From Candidatus Coprovivens sp. (GTDB lineage Bacteria; Bacillota_I; Bacilli_A; RF39; UBA660), in the NCBI GenBank assembly GCA_051892935.1, contig JBJFGS010000036.1, positions 68,408 to 113,065 on the forward strand: DNA of 44,658 nt, in the 5' to 3' direction. Shown piece after piece: positions 29,235 to 39,080 of the stretch (its first letter is position 1; each line of letters starts with the position of its first letter). The notes below the pieces were generated by a model. It was not told the origin of the DNA. It saw nothing but the letters and a program-made list of their open reading frames with translations, and searched no databases. Made by a program: the position numbers and the translations under genes.

Positions 29235-31241
29235 ATGATAAATAATAATCAATCAAATTTATTTGATAACATCGATTGGGATAATTTTGGCTGGAATGAT
29301 ATAAATTGGTCAACAGACACTTCAATACAAAATGATAATACAAATGTAGATATAGAATACTTATTTAATCATAGTTCAAAAAATGAATTTTCAGAATTTC
29401 TTACAAACGATTATAATGGTAAAATAAAACAATTATTAAGCACTGAAGGTATAGAAATTGCCAATAATTCCCCTATGTTTTCAGAAAGAATTAACTACAT
29501 ATTAACATTTTCAAAATATAAAGAAGATATTGTAAGCAATCCACAAATAATCAAGTTAATGTTCAAAGATATGGGAGCATACTATGCAAATCTGCGACAA
29601 TTAAGCGTTGAAACATCTTTAATTATATTTAATCAAGCCCTAGAAACAAACAATGATATGTTAATAAGACAACTATTTGAATATTTAAATCCAAAAACCC
29701 AAGAAATTGCCCTAAATAAATTAACTTTCCACTCCAATATATTAGCTTACCTAATAAGTAACTCAAGTCCATCAATAGTAAATAAAATAATCAATAATCA
29801 AATGATAAATCTAGCAAATCCCAACATAAATTATAGACAACTTTTTGAGCACGCCAAAGAATTACAAGGAAAAGCAAAAGAAGCAAAAAATACAAATGGT
29901 ACATCCATAGAAACAATAGCAATAAATCCGAGACTACTAACTAAAGAAGTAGCTAAAAATATATTTGAAAAGTACGATATATTCCAAGTTAGAAGAATAA
30001 TAAACGATGCAACATACTGCACAGACTCAAATATCTTAAATGAATACATTAAAAAACAAGAAGATTTAATTATAAGTTCAGCAAGTGAAGAAAAACTAGT
30101 TTCTCCATATAAAGAAATATTCGATTTATTAAAACAAATTACAATATATGAAGAAAATAAAGAATATGAAAAAGCAGATAACTGTCAAAAACAATTGCGT
30201 AACATATTAAATAATCAAATACCAAAATATGAAGAACAAACAATAAGAGAATGTTTAAGAAAAGACACTAAAACACTATTACAAGAGTTAGAAAAACTAA
30301 GTAACTTTAAAATAGCTAATATAATAATAGATTACCATTTTGAAGAAAACTTCCATAATGTAATGATTGATATAGAAGAACTACTAAATCTATATTATTC
30401 TGGAAATATAGACTTACCTGAAGAAAAACTATATTTATATCAAGATATAAGAAATATTGATTATTTAACAAGAGAACAACAAATTGAATTACATGAAAAA
30501 TTAAAAAACATAAATATAATAGAAATGTTTTATGATGATATGTCATACGCAAGAAAAATCGTAAGACAAGCTATTAAAGATTCGGCTCTTACAAAAGAAG
30601 AACTACTTCAATATAAAGATGAAGAATTATCAGAAGAATATGGTGTAGATGTCTATAGTATTCAAAACAATCCATTCTTTGCTATAGTAAAATCTGGTAA
30701 ACACAGTGATGATTATCTTCCAACCGGTCACTCCTATTCACTAGTTGGTAATGGAGGAATTGCAACGTGGCAAGATACTAATAACTACGTTTATGATTCA
30801 GAAGATTTAAATCCAGATCAAATAATTCATCTATATCCTTATGATTCATTTACACTAGCCAAACCAAACTCTCTAAATTCATCTCCAACCACAAGAATTA
30901 ACGTCCTAATGATGCCAGACGAATTAGTAGAATATGACTATAGTTACAATGAAATATTAATATTAGAAAAAGGCTCTAAAAAAACAGACATAGATGAATC
31001 AATACCTAAATTAAAAAGAATTGCTAAATATTGTGTAGACAAAATAACAGAACAAGATATAAAAGAAGCCCAAATTCAAGGAATTGGAATACTTCTAATA
31101 AATTCAAAAGAATGTACAAAATCTGACAATAAAGAAAGAGGACTCTATCGTCATAGACTAAAACCATTCGAAAATCAAGGAGAAATAGTAGATTACTTCG
31201 ATAGTGACTATCATCCAGAAAGATACGAAGTCAAAAGATAA
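29235..31241 (+). CDS. Large hypothetical protein, helical N-region, possibly ART-like C-terminal domain
   Basis: AGGAG RBS, terminator after the stop; C-terminal HSYSLV and SYNEILI motifs. Confidence 0.7.
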   Translation: MINNNQSNLFDNIDWDNFGWNDINWSTDTSIQNDNTNVDIEYLFNHSSKNEFSEFLTNDYNGKIKQLLSTEGIEIANNSPMFSERINYILTFSKYKEDIVSNPQIIKLMFKDMGAYYANLRQLSVETSLIIFNQALETNNDMLIRQLFEYLNPKTQEIALNKLTFHSNILAYLISNSSPSIVNKIINNQMINLANPNINYRQLFEHAKELQGKAKEAKNTNGTSIETIAINPRLLTKEVAKNIFEKYDIFQVRRIINDATYCTDSNILNEYIKKQEDLIISSASEEKLVSPYKEIFDLLKQITIYEENKEYEKADNCQKQLRNILNNQIPKYEEQTIRECLRKDTKTLLQELEKLSNFKIANIIIDYHFEENFHNVMIDIEELLNLYYSGNIDLPEEKLYLYQDIRNIDYLTREQQIELHEKLKNINIIEMFYDDMSYARKIVRQAIKDSALTKEELLQYKDEELSEEYGVDVYSIQNNPFFAIVKSGKHSDDYLPTGHSYSLVGNGGIATWQDTNNYVYDSEDLNPDQIIHLYPYDSFTLAKPNSLNSSPTTRINVLMMPDELVEYDYSYNEILILEKGSKKTDIDESIPKLKRIAKYCVDKITEQDIKEAQIQGIGILLINSKECTKSDNKERGLYRHRLKPFENQGEIVDYFDSDYHPERYEVKR

Positions 31242-31268
31242 AACAAAGTTAAACTTTGTTTTTTTGTA

Positions 31269-31294
31269 ACAAAAAATATATATTAACATAAGTT
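31269..31294 (+). promoter_or_regulatory. Putative sigmaK/sigmaE-type mother-cell promoter
   Basis: AC-N16-CATAAGTT upstream of cwlJ; short motif in AT-rich DNA. Confidence 0.4.
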
Positions 31295-31310
31295 ACTATA
31301 GGTGAATTAC

Positions 31311-31733
31311 ATGATAATAAAATATAATACAAAAGAACTAGATTTATTAGCGAGAATAATGCGTGCAGAAGCGCTTAATGAAGGAAACCTTGGAATGCTA
31401 ATGGTCGGAAACGTTGTTATAAATAGAGCTTTAGCTTCATGTTTAACATTTACAGATATTAGAACAATAACAGAAGCAATATATCAACCAAACCAATTTG
31501 TAGGAACAAAAAGCTCTTTATTTCAATCAGCTGCAACAACAACAGAAAAAAATCTAGCTAAAAGAGTCATAAATGGTGAATACTATCATCCAGCTACACA
31601 CTCATTATGGTTCTATGCTCCAGGAGAAAACAAAGACTGTAAATCTACCTGGTATGATCAACAACTATCTGGAAAATATAAAAATCACTGTTTTTACGAA
31701 CCAGAAAAAGGAGTTTGTAAAGAATTATATTAA
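31311..31733 (+). CDS. cwlJ: Spore cortex-lytic enzyme CwlJ (Hydrolase_2)
   Basis: LLARIMRAEA..EG..GMLMVGNV.INR, IYQPNQF, SLWF, HCFY.P...C...Y; matches recalled B. subtilis CwlJ along its length. Confidence 0.88.
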   Translation: MIIKYNTKELDLLARIMRAEALNEGNLGMLMVGNVVINRALASCLTFTDIRTITEAIYQPNQFVGTKSSLFQSAATTTEKNLAKRVINGEYYHPATHSLWFYAPGENKDCKSTWYDQQLSGKYKNHCFYEPEKGVCKELY

Positions 31734-31767
31734 TTATGTTATAATAAAACAAAGTAGGAATGATAAA

Positions 31768-32736
31768 ATGACATATGCAAGCTATATAAATATACTAAAG
31801 TCTAAAAGCGAACAAATAAACAAACTAAAAAATAACATATCAAAAATAGACTTAGAAAATATTTGGAAAGGAACCGCAAGTAACAAGCAAAAAAATCAAT
31901 TATCAACTATCCAAAAAGAAATAGAAGCACAACTAACCCAATTATCTAACATAAATGAAGCAATGAAAAAAATAGATGATTATGATATAACAGAAGAAGA
32001 AATAAAAAATTACAAAAATCAATTAAATTCCTTAGATAGTGATGATAAAAACTATCTAAAACAGAAAGAAGAAATTCAAGAAAAAATAAACAACTTAATT
32101 AAAGAAAAAGAACAATTAAAAATAAATATAGAAAACAAACTTTTTTCAATAAACAAATCATATCAATCACAAATAACACAAATTAAAAATATAGAAATAG
32201 TAAAAACTTTTAATCTACTAAAAGATGCAGAAAATAATTTTAAAGATTTAAATTTCAATATTATTGCATCACAAAATTCAGATAAAGAAAAATCATCAAA
32301 TTCTGGAACAATAACAATAGAAAACATAGGTACACCATATGAAAAAGAACCTACTCCAGGAAAATCAGCACAAAAACTACATGTATATCATGATAATACC
32401 AGATTATATGATGATGCTTATATAACAATTAAAAAAGGTGAAACAATAAGGTTAAACATGAACTTAACAGAGAATTGCGGAGAAGTTAAACTACTAAAAA
32501 GAACTTCTGCTGATGGGGAAGAAAACTGGAAACAATACTTTTCCGCTCACTCAGAACCATTTGTTAATAGAGATGACTCATCAACATTTATTGCAACAAA
32601 TAATTATGATTGGGTTATAACAGGAAATAAAGCAACAAAAGGATATATAACTCTTTCTCAAACATCATCTCATAGTACAAATAATGGAAACAACTATAAA
32701 AGTATGTATAGAATTCACATTAAAGTAGTTGAATAA
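31768..32736 (+). CDS. WXG-like helical N-terminus plus unknown beta-rich C-terminal domain (paralogue of 22047-23048)
   Basis: Start reassigned to MTYASY behind AGGA; IWKG motif; N-terminal ~140 aa aligns by eye with the CHAP protein. Confidence 0.78.
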   Translation: MTYASYINILKSKSEQINKLKNNISKIDLENIWKGTASNKQKNQLSTIQKEIEAQLTQLSNINEAMKKIDDYDITEEEIKNYKNQLNSLDSDDKNYLKQKEEIQEKINNLIKEKEQLKINIENKLFSINKSYQSQITQIKNIEIVKTFNLLKDAENNFKDLNFNIIASQNSDKEKSSNSGTITIENIGTPYEKEPTPGKSAQKLHVYHDNTRLYDDAYITIKKGETIRLNMNLTENCGEVKLLKRTSADGEENWKQYFSAHSEPFVNRDDSSTFIATNNYDWVITGNKATKGYITLSQTSSHSTNNGNNYKSMYRIHIKVVE

Positions 32737-32744
32737 AAAAAATA

Positions 32745-33575
32745 CTAATTATTAGTATCTTTCTTTTTATATCTAAATAATACAGAAGGCCTATGTCCTG
32801 CACCAGTCTTTACGAATTCAGTTTTTTCTACTTTATCAGCAATTATTCTTCTAAAAGCAGGATCCAACAATTTTTTGTTTAAAATAACTTCATAAACTTG
32901 TTGTAAATCACCTAAAGCAAACAATTCAGGCATCATATTAAAAACAACATCTGTATAACTTATTTTATTCTTCAGTCTTTCAATTCCAGACCATATAACT
33001 AAAGGGTGATCAAATGCCAAATTATCGTTTTCAATTATATCAAATTTATATCTATCAGTGGTCAATTCCTTTAAAGTTTTTCTAATTCTAAACTTTATAG
33101 TGTCAATTCCATTATCTAATACAACTAAAACCTCATTATTTTCTTCAAAATAACTTATATTAAACCAAGAAGCATTAACACTAAGTTTATCATTTAATCT
33201 ATTCTTATCAACTAATGCCATATAAGAAGTAGAAACAATTCTCATACGAGGATCTCTATCAACTGCACCAAAAGTATATAATTGTTCTAAATAAATATCA
33301 TGTAAATTAGTTTCACGAGCAAGTATTCTACGAGGACAATCTTCTAAATCCTCATTAACATCTAAGAATCCACCAGGTAAGCACCATTTATCTTTAAAAG
33401 GATAATCATCTCTTTTAACTAGTAATACACTCATATATTTCTTGCTAGACTTCCTATAATTAGCAACTTCTTCATCACTAATACTCAATATTAAAATATC
33501 AGTTGTTAACGAAATTCTTTCATACTTATTTGGATTATAATCCTTTAAAAACTCCTCTTCACTTTTATACATCAT
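32745..33575 (-). CDS. nrtR: NrtR-family regulator (Nudix plus winged HTH)
   Basis: WCLPGGF, LEQLYTFG..DRDPR, LAFDH, LQQVYEVIL...FRR and GHRPSVLF. Confidence 0.9.
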   Translation of the reverse strand: MMYKSEEEFLKDYNPNKYERISLTTDILILSISDEEVANYRKSSKKYMSVLLVKRDDYPFKDKWCLPGGFLDVNEDLEDCPRRILARETNLHDIYLEQLYTFGAVDRDPRMRIVSTSYMALVDKNRLNDKLSVNASWFNISYFEENNEVLVVLDNGIDTIKFRIRKTLKELTTDRYKFDIIENDNLAFDHPLVIWSGIERLKNKISYTDVVFNMMPELFALGDLQQVYEVILNKKLLDPAFRRIIADKVEKTEFVKTGAGHRPSVLFRYKKKDTNN

Positions 33576-33653
33576 ATTAATAACACCTCAGCATTATTAT
33601 ATCATAAAGTATATCTTATAAAAATATGGTATACTCAATTTAGGAGGAAAAAC

Positions 33654-34202
33654 ATGAAAATAGCAATAGATATAGATGATACACTTACTAATACAAAACA
33701 GCAACAAATAAAACTATGGAAAGAATACTATAATAACAGCCCTCACAAAGATTATTCAGAAAAACTTCCTCAAAATATTAATGAATGGGGAGAAAAATAT
33801 ATTGAAGACTTTTGGGATACTTATCGAGAATTATTATCATTTCACTCTTCATATAAAGATAACGTATCAGAAGTAATAGATAAACTATTACAAGATGGTC
33901 ATCAACTATATATTGTTACTTCTAGACCACAATATAAATACGATAACTTAATATCAAAAATCAAAAAAGCATTAAAAGATAACAAAATACATATTGATAA
34001 TATATACACAGATATATACGATAAAGGAAAATTTTGTAAAGATAATAATTTCGATTTACTAATAGATGATGATATTAAACATATAAAAAGTGCTCAAAAA
34101 AATGGTATAAAAACAATCCTATTTAACGAATATAAAAACTATAATGGAGTACAAGCAACAACATGGAAAGAAGTTTATAAAAAAATAAAAATGCTTAAAT
34201 AA
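33654..34202 (+). CDS. HAD-superfamily 5'-nucleotidase-like (NT5C type)
   Basis: IAIDIDDTL, IVTSR and K...LLIDDD motifs. Confidence 0.85.
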   Translation: MKIAIDIDDTLTNTKQQQIKLWKEYYNNSPHKDYSEKLPQNINEWGEKYIEDFWDTYRELLSFHSSYKDNVSEVIDKLLQDGHQLYIVTSRPQYKYDNLISKIKKALKDNKIHIDNIYTDIYDKGKFCKDNNFDLLIDDDIKHIKSAQKNGIKTILFNEYKNYNGVQATTWKEVYKKIKMLK

Positions 34203-34207
34203 CATTT

Positions 34208-35203
34208 TTATTTTTTTGTATGCATAGATTCTCCTTTAATCTTCTCAACATACTCTCTTATATATTCAATTGGTCCTTGAATTAAATGATTTTCATTAAG
34301 AATTTTAACTACTATTTCAGTTGGGCATTCCTTTATCATAGTATCAACAAGCTCACTATTACGTATTTCTAAAAATCTATTTTTTTCAATATTATCATTT
34401 AAATTTTTTTGTAATATCTTATTCTTGAACTCCAAGCAATATTTCTCAGCCCTTAATTTAACCACTTCACTATAATTCATATCAACACTAGGATTATATA
34501 TAATTACACCATCGATAGTTGAAACATAGCAATCTGGAAACATTTTTACAATTAATTCAACAAATCCATTACGTTCTAACAGCTGATTTCCCAATACAAT
34601 ACCACAAAACATATTACTTGGAACACCATATAAAATTGAAGACATAATCTCAGCATTACCAGGTAAACCTGCTACATTAACAAAATTTCTTGTTAACTTA
34701 GATTCATTAGTATCATTCCTATAACAATCATACTTAAAAAGTTTCTCTGCCTCTACTCTTGGTTCAATAACAAAAGCTAAAGCACTAGAGCCCCTTATAC
34801 CATTACCAAAAGGACACCTTCCATCAACATAAGTAAAACCATCATTATATTCTTTCATACTCATATCTCTTGAAACTCTATGAAAGTCAGCACAATAATA
34901 AGTTTCACCATCTTCTGATATACCAATTGCCTGACCTGTAAGTATTCCGGATTTACTAATACTTTCTAACTTATCAATATTACGTATACTACTTACACCA
35001 TGAATAATAGTTCCTTCTTTAAGCAAAACTCTTCCATCCTCAGATACCTCTAAAGAAATAGGATATAATTCTTTTTCTTTTAACTCATTATATCTATTTA
35101 TTTGATCAATTAATATTCTTTCTTGTTCAAAATCTAGTGGAACCTCAAGCAAAAAACCTTCCGGTATCTTAGTAACCTTTTCCATAATATCACCTACTAT
35201 CAT
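34208..35203 (-). CDS. Hypothetical protein with possible ADP-ribosyltransferase-like fold
   Basis: IIHG....L.SISKSGIL start-of-domain pattern; C-terminal coiled coil. Confidence 0.55.
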   Translation of the reverse strand: MIVGDIMEKVTKIPEGFLLEVPLDFEQERILIDQINRYNELKEKELYPISLEVSEDGRVLLKEGTIIHGVSSIRNIDKLESISKSGILTGQAIGISEDGETYYCADFHRVSRDMSMKEYNDGFTYVDGRCPFGNGIRGSSALAFVIEPRVEAEKLFKYDCYRNDTNESKLTRNFVNVAGLPGNAEIMSSILYGVPSNMFCGIVLGNQLLERNGFVELIVKMFPDCYVSTIDGVIIYNPSVDMNYSEVVKLRAEKYCLEFKNKILQKNLNDNIEKNRFLEIRNSELVDTMIKECPTEIVVKILNENHLIQGPIEYIREYVEKIKGESMHTKK

Positions 35204-35233
35204 TCTAGCAAAAAAGAAAAAACAATACTAGCA

Positions 35234-36961
35234 TTATTCTTCTTTTTCTAATTCTCGATAATTAACCTTACCTATCATAGTTTTTGGTAAACTCTCTCTA
35301 AATACAAACTCTTTAGGTATCATATAAAAAGCCAAATTTTTCTCACAATATTCTTTTATTTCTTTTTTAAAAGAATTATCAACTTTAACACCGTTTTTTA
35401 CCACTATAAAAGCCTTTGGTACTTGAACTTTATAAGGATGAGGTATTCCTATCACTCCACAATTAACAATATCAGGATGAGTCATTAAAACATCTTCTAT
35501 ATGAGATGGATATACATTATAACCAGATACAATAAGCATTCTCTTTAATCTTTGTACATAGTATAAAATACCATCTTCAGTTACATATCCCAAATCTCCA
35601 GTTTTAACCCATATTTTACCATTAGAATCAACCTCTAACGTATCATTTGTTTCTTTTTCATTATCCAAATAACCTGTCATAACAACAGGACCTGAAATCA
35701 TAATTTCTCCCACTTCAAGAGGAGCAACTTCCTCCCTAGTTTCAATACTAACTATCTTCATATCATTTCCCGGTAATGGAATACCTATTGCACCAGGTAA
35801 AGAAGACCCCATAACACCTGCTACAGTAGGTCCTGTAGTTTCAGTCATTCCATAACCTTGTATTATTTCCGAATCACACCCATGACTTTTTAAAAACTTA
35901 TTTATCATTGTATTTTTAGATTCTGTTAAACAATCTCCACCACATATTAAATATTTAACATAAGATAAATCCATTCTATCCATATATTTATTAGTTAATA
36001 ACGCTTCATATAATGTAGGAACTCCTGCTACAATAGTAGGATGATATTTAGAAAACAATTTATCGAACCTTTTTGCATCAAATTGTGGAATCAAAATATC
36101 AGCTGCACCTAAACACAATACAGAATGAACACAAACACATAACCCAAAACAATGAAATAAAGGTAAAATTGTTAACATTGTATCTCCTACTCCAATTTTA
36201 GGAAAAACAATTGCAGCCTGTTTAGCTAAAGCATTAAGATTACCATTAGTTAAGACAATATTCTTAGGTGTACCTGTAGTACCTCCACTATGTAATATTG
36301 CAGCAGGTTGATCTTTAGTAGTTTTTACTAAGACTTTTTGATCAAAATGTTCACCTTTCATCATAAAATCATTCCAATACATAAAGTATTCAGACTTTTT
36401 AGGTGTTTCAACTTTTCTACCTTGAGTTATATAATAACCAAATCTCATTACTGGGGGCATTGAATCACCAGGTGATACAATAATTGTCTTATATACATTA
36501 GTATCTTCAATAATCTTTACAACTTTCTTACAACTAACATTTATAGCTATTAACATAACACTATTAGTACTATTTAATGAAAACTTAATTTCCTCCTCAG
36601 CAGATAAAGGATGAACCATATTAGCAATAGCACCTATCTTATTAACAGCATAAAATGATATAACTGCTTCTGGAGTATTAGCCATTAATATAGTTACTAC
36701 ATCACCAGGTCTAATTCCCTGGCTACGTAAAGCTTTTGCACATAAATTAATCTCACCAAAAAAATACTTAAAATTCATTTTATTATTAAAATAATTTATT
36801 GCTAAACTATTCATATTATTCTTATTGCATTCCCTTAAATATTCATAACAAGACATATTAGGTACCACAATATCCCTTTCACTCTTATCATAATACTTAT
36901 CCCATGGATGTTTATACTTAATTTTATTAATTGTTTTCTTAACTTGATCCATTATTTTCAT
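35234..36961 (-). CDS. Long-chain acyl-CoA ligase / AMP-binding enzyme
   Basis: HSGGTTGTPK, QGYGMTE, TGDLG and PKTMIGK. Confidence 0.92.
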   Translation of the reverse strand: MKIMDQVKKTINKIKYKHPWDKYYDKSERDIVVPNMSCYEYLRECNKNNMNSLAINYFNNKMNFKYFFGEINLCAKALRSQGIRPGDVVTILMANTPEAVISFYAVNKIGAIANMVHPLSAEEEIKFSLNSTNSVMLIAINVSCKKVVKIIEDTNVYKTIIVSPGDSMPPVMRFGYYITQGRKVETPKKSEYFMYWNDFMMKGEHFDQKVLVKTTKDQPAAILHSGGTTGTPKNIVLTNGNLNALAKQAAIVFPKIGVGDTMLTILPLFHCFGLCVCVHSVLCLGAADILIPQFDAKRFDKLFSKYHPTIVAGVPTLYEALLTNKYMDRMDLSYVKYLICGGDCLTESKNTMINKFLKSHGCDSEIIQGYGMTETTGPTVAGVMGSSLPGAIGIPLPGNDMKIVSIETREEVAPLEVGEIMISGPVVMTGYLDNEKETNDTLEVDSNGKIWVKTGDLGYVTEDGILYYVQRLKRMLIVSGYNVYPSHIEDVLMTHPDIVNCGVIGIPHPYKVQVPKAFIVVKNGVKVDNSFKKEIKEYCEKNLAFYMIPKEFVFRESLPKTMIGKVNYRELEKEE

Positions 36962-37004
36962 AATATTCCTCCTCTATTATTAAAGATTATTAATAGATTT
37001 TAAA

Positions 37005-37130
37005 AATTATTAAACATTTGTTGAATAACTTTCACTTGTATTATATAATTAATATACAATCTACATCAATAATCAATAGTATTATGATTTGCTAATTATT
37101 AAACACTAATCATAAATATGTTTAACAATT
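37005..37130. promoter_or_regulatory. Candidate TetR operators
   Basis: AATTATTAAACA at 37005 and 37094, with inverted TGTTTAACAATT at 37119. Confidence 0.45.
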
Positions 37131-37175
37131 ATTCATACTGCTATATTATTAATATATTCTTGAAGGAGGAATATT

Positions 37176-37739
37176 ATGGACAGAAGAATAAAATATACAA
37201 AAAAAACAATAAAAGATACATTTATAAAACTATTATCTGAAAAAGACATAAAAAAAATTACAGTGAGTGAAATATGTAAAAAGTCAGATATAAATAGAGC
37301 AACATTCTATCGCTATTACATAGATGTATATGATTTATTAGATAAAATACAAGAAGAATTTATAAATGAACTTAAAACACCATACTTAGAAAATCCAACA
37401 AGAGTAAGTACTGTTGGTGCTTTTTCTAAAGAAATATTAAACGTCTTTATTGCTAACAAAGAATTAGTAAAAATTCTATTTAACACTAATAATAATATCT
37501 ATTTTCTAAATGATGTATTAGAAGTCGCCTATGGAATGTGTAAGACCAAATGGTTATCAGATAAACCAACTCTAACAGAAGATGAAATCAACTATGCTGC
37601 AACATTTATTTTTAATGGAGCTTTAGGCGTAGTAAACTTCTGGGTAAAAAATGATTTTGATAAAGATATTGATGAAGTAGCTAATGCAATTGAACAATTA
37701 GGTTACTTTGGAACAAAAAGATTTATCTACAAAAAATAA
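37176..37739 (+). CDS. TetR/AcrR-family regulator
   Basis: DRRIKYTKK...ITVSEICKKSDINRATFYRYY; divergent from the acyl-CoA ligase. Confidence 0.92.
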   Translation: MDRRIKYTKKTIKDTFIKLLSEKDIKKITVSEICKKSDINRATFYRYYIDVYDLLDKIQEEFINELKTPYLENPTRVSTVGAFSKEILNVFIANKELVKILFNTNNNIYFLNDVLEVAYGMCKTKWLSDKPTLTEDEINYAATFIFNGALGVVNFWVKNDFDKDIDEVANAIEQLGYFGTKRFIYKK

Positions 37740-37764
37740 GAACTCAAAAAGTTCTTATTTTTAT

Positions 37765-38574
37765 TTAATTACTTAATATTTTATTATTAATAACTTTTAT
37801 AAAATGAAAATCATTCATACGTAAACATTTAATAGATTTACCATCTAGCTTAGTCTCAACTTTTATAACATTATTCATCAACTTATTAACACCGTCAACT
37901 TGAATAAACAAGTCTTTATAATCATCTTTAGGTACCAAAGTAATTACCCTATTTCCAGGTACTATTACACTATTAACTAATGTCTTATAAACTTTATTAT
38001 TTAAAGGAGCAATTGGAGTAATAGTTAATATACTCAAAGTATTATAAATAATACTTCCCCCAAAACTCATATTATAAGCAGTACTTCCAGTACTAGTACT
38101 TATAAGTAATCCATCTCCAGAAAAATCTTCAAGTAATTCATCATCAACATATACTGGAACTTTTAAAGAATTAAATTCTTTATTCCTTACCACTATTTCA
38201 TTTAAGCTATCATAGTAATATATTTTATCTTCAGTTATTATCTTTGTTTCTTGAATACCTATTTCTTCTACCTTATACTCACCACAATTAAGCCTTTTAA
38301 CAAAATCAGAAGTATCTTTAATATCAATCTCCTGTAAGAAACCTAAAGTACCACTATTAACACCAATATAATAAATATTTTGATTAAATTTAGTTTCTTT
38401 AACCATTCTTAAGAAAGATCCATCACCACCAATAGATATAGCCAAATCAAATGCTCCTTTTGTTACTATTTTAAATCCATATTTAATCAGTTCTAACTCC
38501 AAATCTTTTGCGACAATATTAGATTGTTCATTATCATTAACGAATAATTTTATTTTATTAATTTTTCTCCCCAT
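37765..38574 (-). CDS. nadK: NAD kinase
   Basis: GGDGSFL, GTLGFL, LNE and GDGLLISTSTGSTAYNMS.GG. Confidence 0.95.
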   Translation of the reverse strand: MGRKINKIKLFVNDNEQSNIVAKDLELELIKYGFKIVTKGAFDLAISIGGDGSFLRMVKETKFNQNIYYIGVNSGTLGFLQEIDIKDTSDFVKRLNCGEYKVEEIGIQETKIITEDKIYYYDSLNEIVVRNKEFNSLKVPVYVDDELLEDFSGDGLLISTSTGSTAYNMSFGGSIIYNTLSILTITPIAPLNNKVYKTLVNSVIVPGNRVITLVPKDDYKDLFIQVDGVNKLMNNVIKVETKLDGKSIKCLRMNDFHFIKVINNKILSN

Positions 38575-39038
38575 AATAGTTCACCCAACAATTCAATAAT
38601 TCTATCTATAATAACTATCTTATTTTGTTTTCTAGTTTTCTTATCTACATTAATAACCATATCATAATATTTTTCTTTATAATAAATACTAACAAATACT
38701 TGATTATCTTTACCATAATTATTATTTACATCAGCTCTATTTAACTTACCAGTTATTCCTACTCCAAAATCAGAATTAGCAAACTTAGAAATATTAAGCG
38801 CCATTTCATGAGCAGTTTCAATACTATATACACTATATTCATTAATTATATCAGCAGAAACTCCCATTTTTATCTTATATTGATTAGAATATGTAACAGC
38901 ACTAAATTTAAGTACTTCAGAAGCACCCTCTATTGAAGTTATAGCATCAGCTACACCTCCACCGGTACAAGATTCCATTGTAGCTATTGTTTCTCCTCTT
39001 TTTATTAATTCTAAAACTATCTTTTTAAATGTTTTCAT
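38550..39038 (-). CDS. cinA: CinA C-terminal domain protein (PncC-type NMN deamidase)
   Basis: IATMESCTGG, GAS, VTYSN..K and GVGITG; lacks the MocF domain. Confidence 0.85.
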   Translation of the reverse strand: MKTFKKIVLELIKRGETIATMESCTGGGVADAITSIEGASEVLKFSAVTYSNQYKIKMGVSADIINEYSVYSIETAHEMALNISKFANSDFGVGITGKLNRADVNNNYGKDNQVFVSIYYKEKYYDMVINVDKKTRKQNKIVIIDRIIELLGELLWGEKLIK

Positions 39039-39080
39039 ATTATTCTCCGTTCCTTCTAAATAACTATTATACCCACTATT

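Noticed and set aside
31573-31767. N-terminal extension of the 387-aa ORF overlapping cwlJ
   Set aside because: RBS position and paralogue alignment place the start at 31768.
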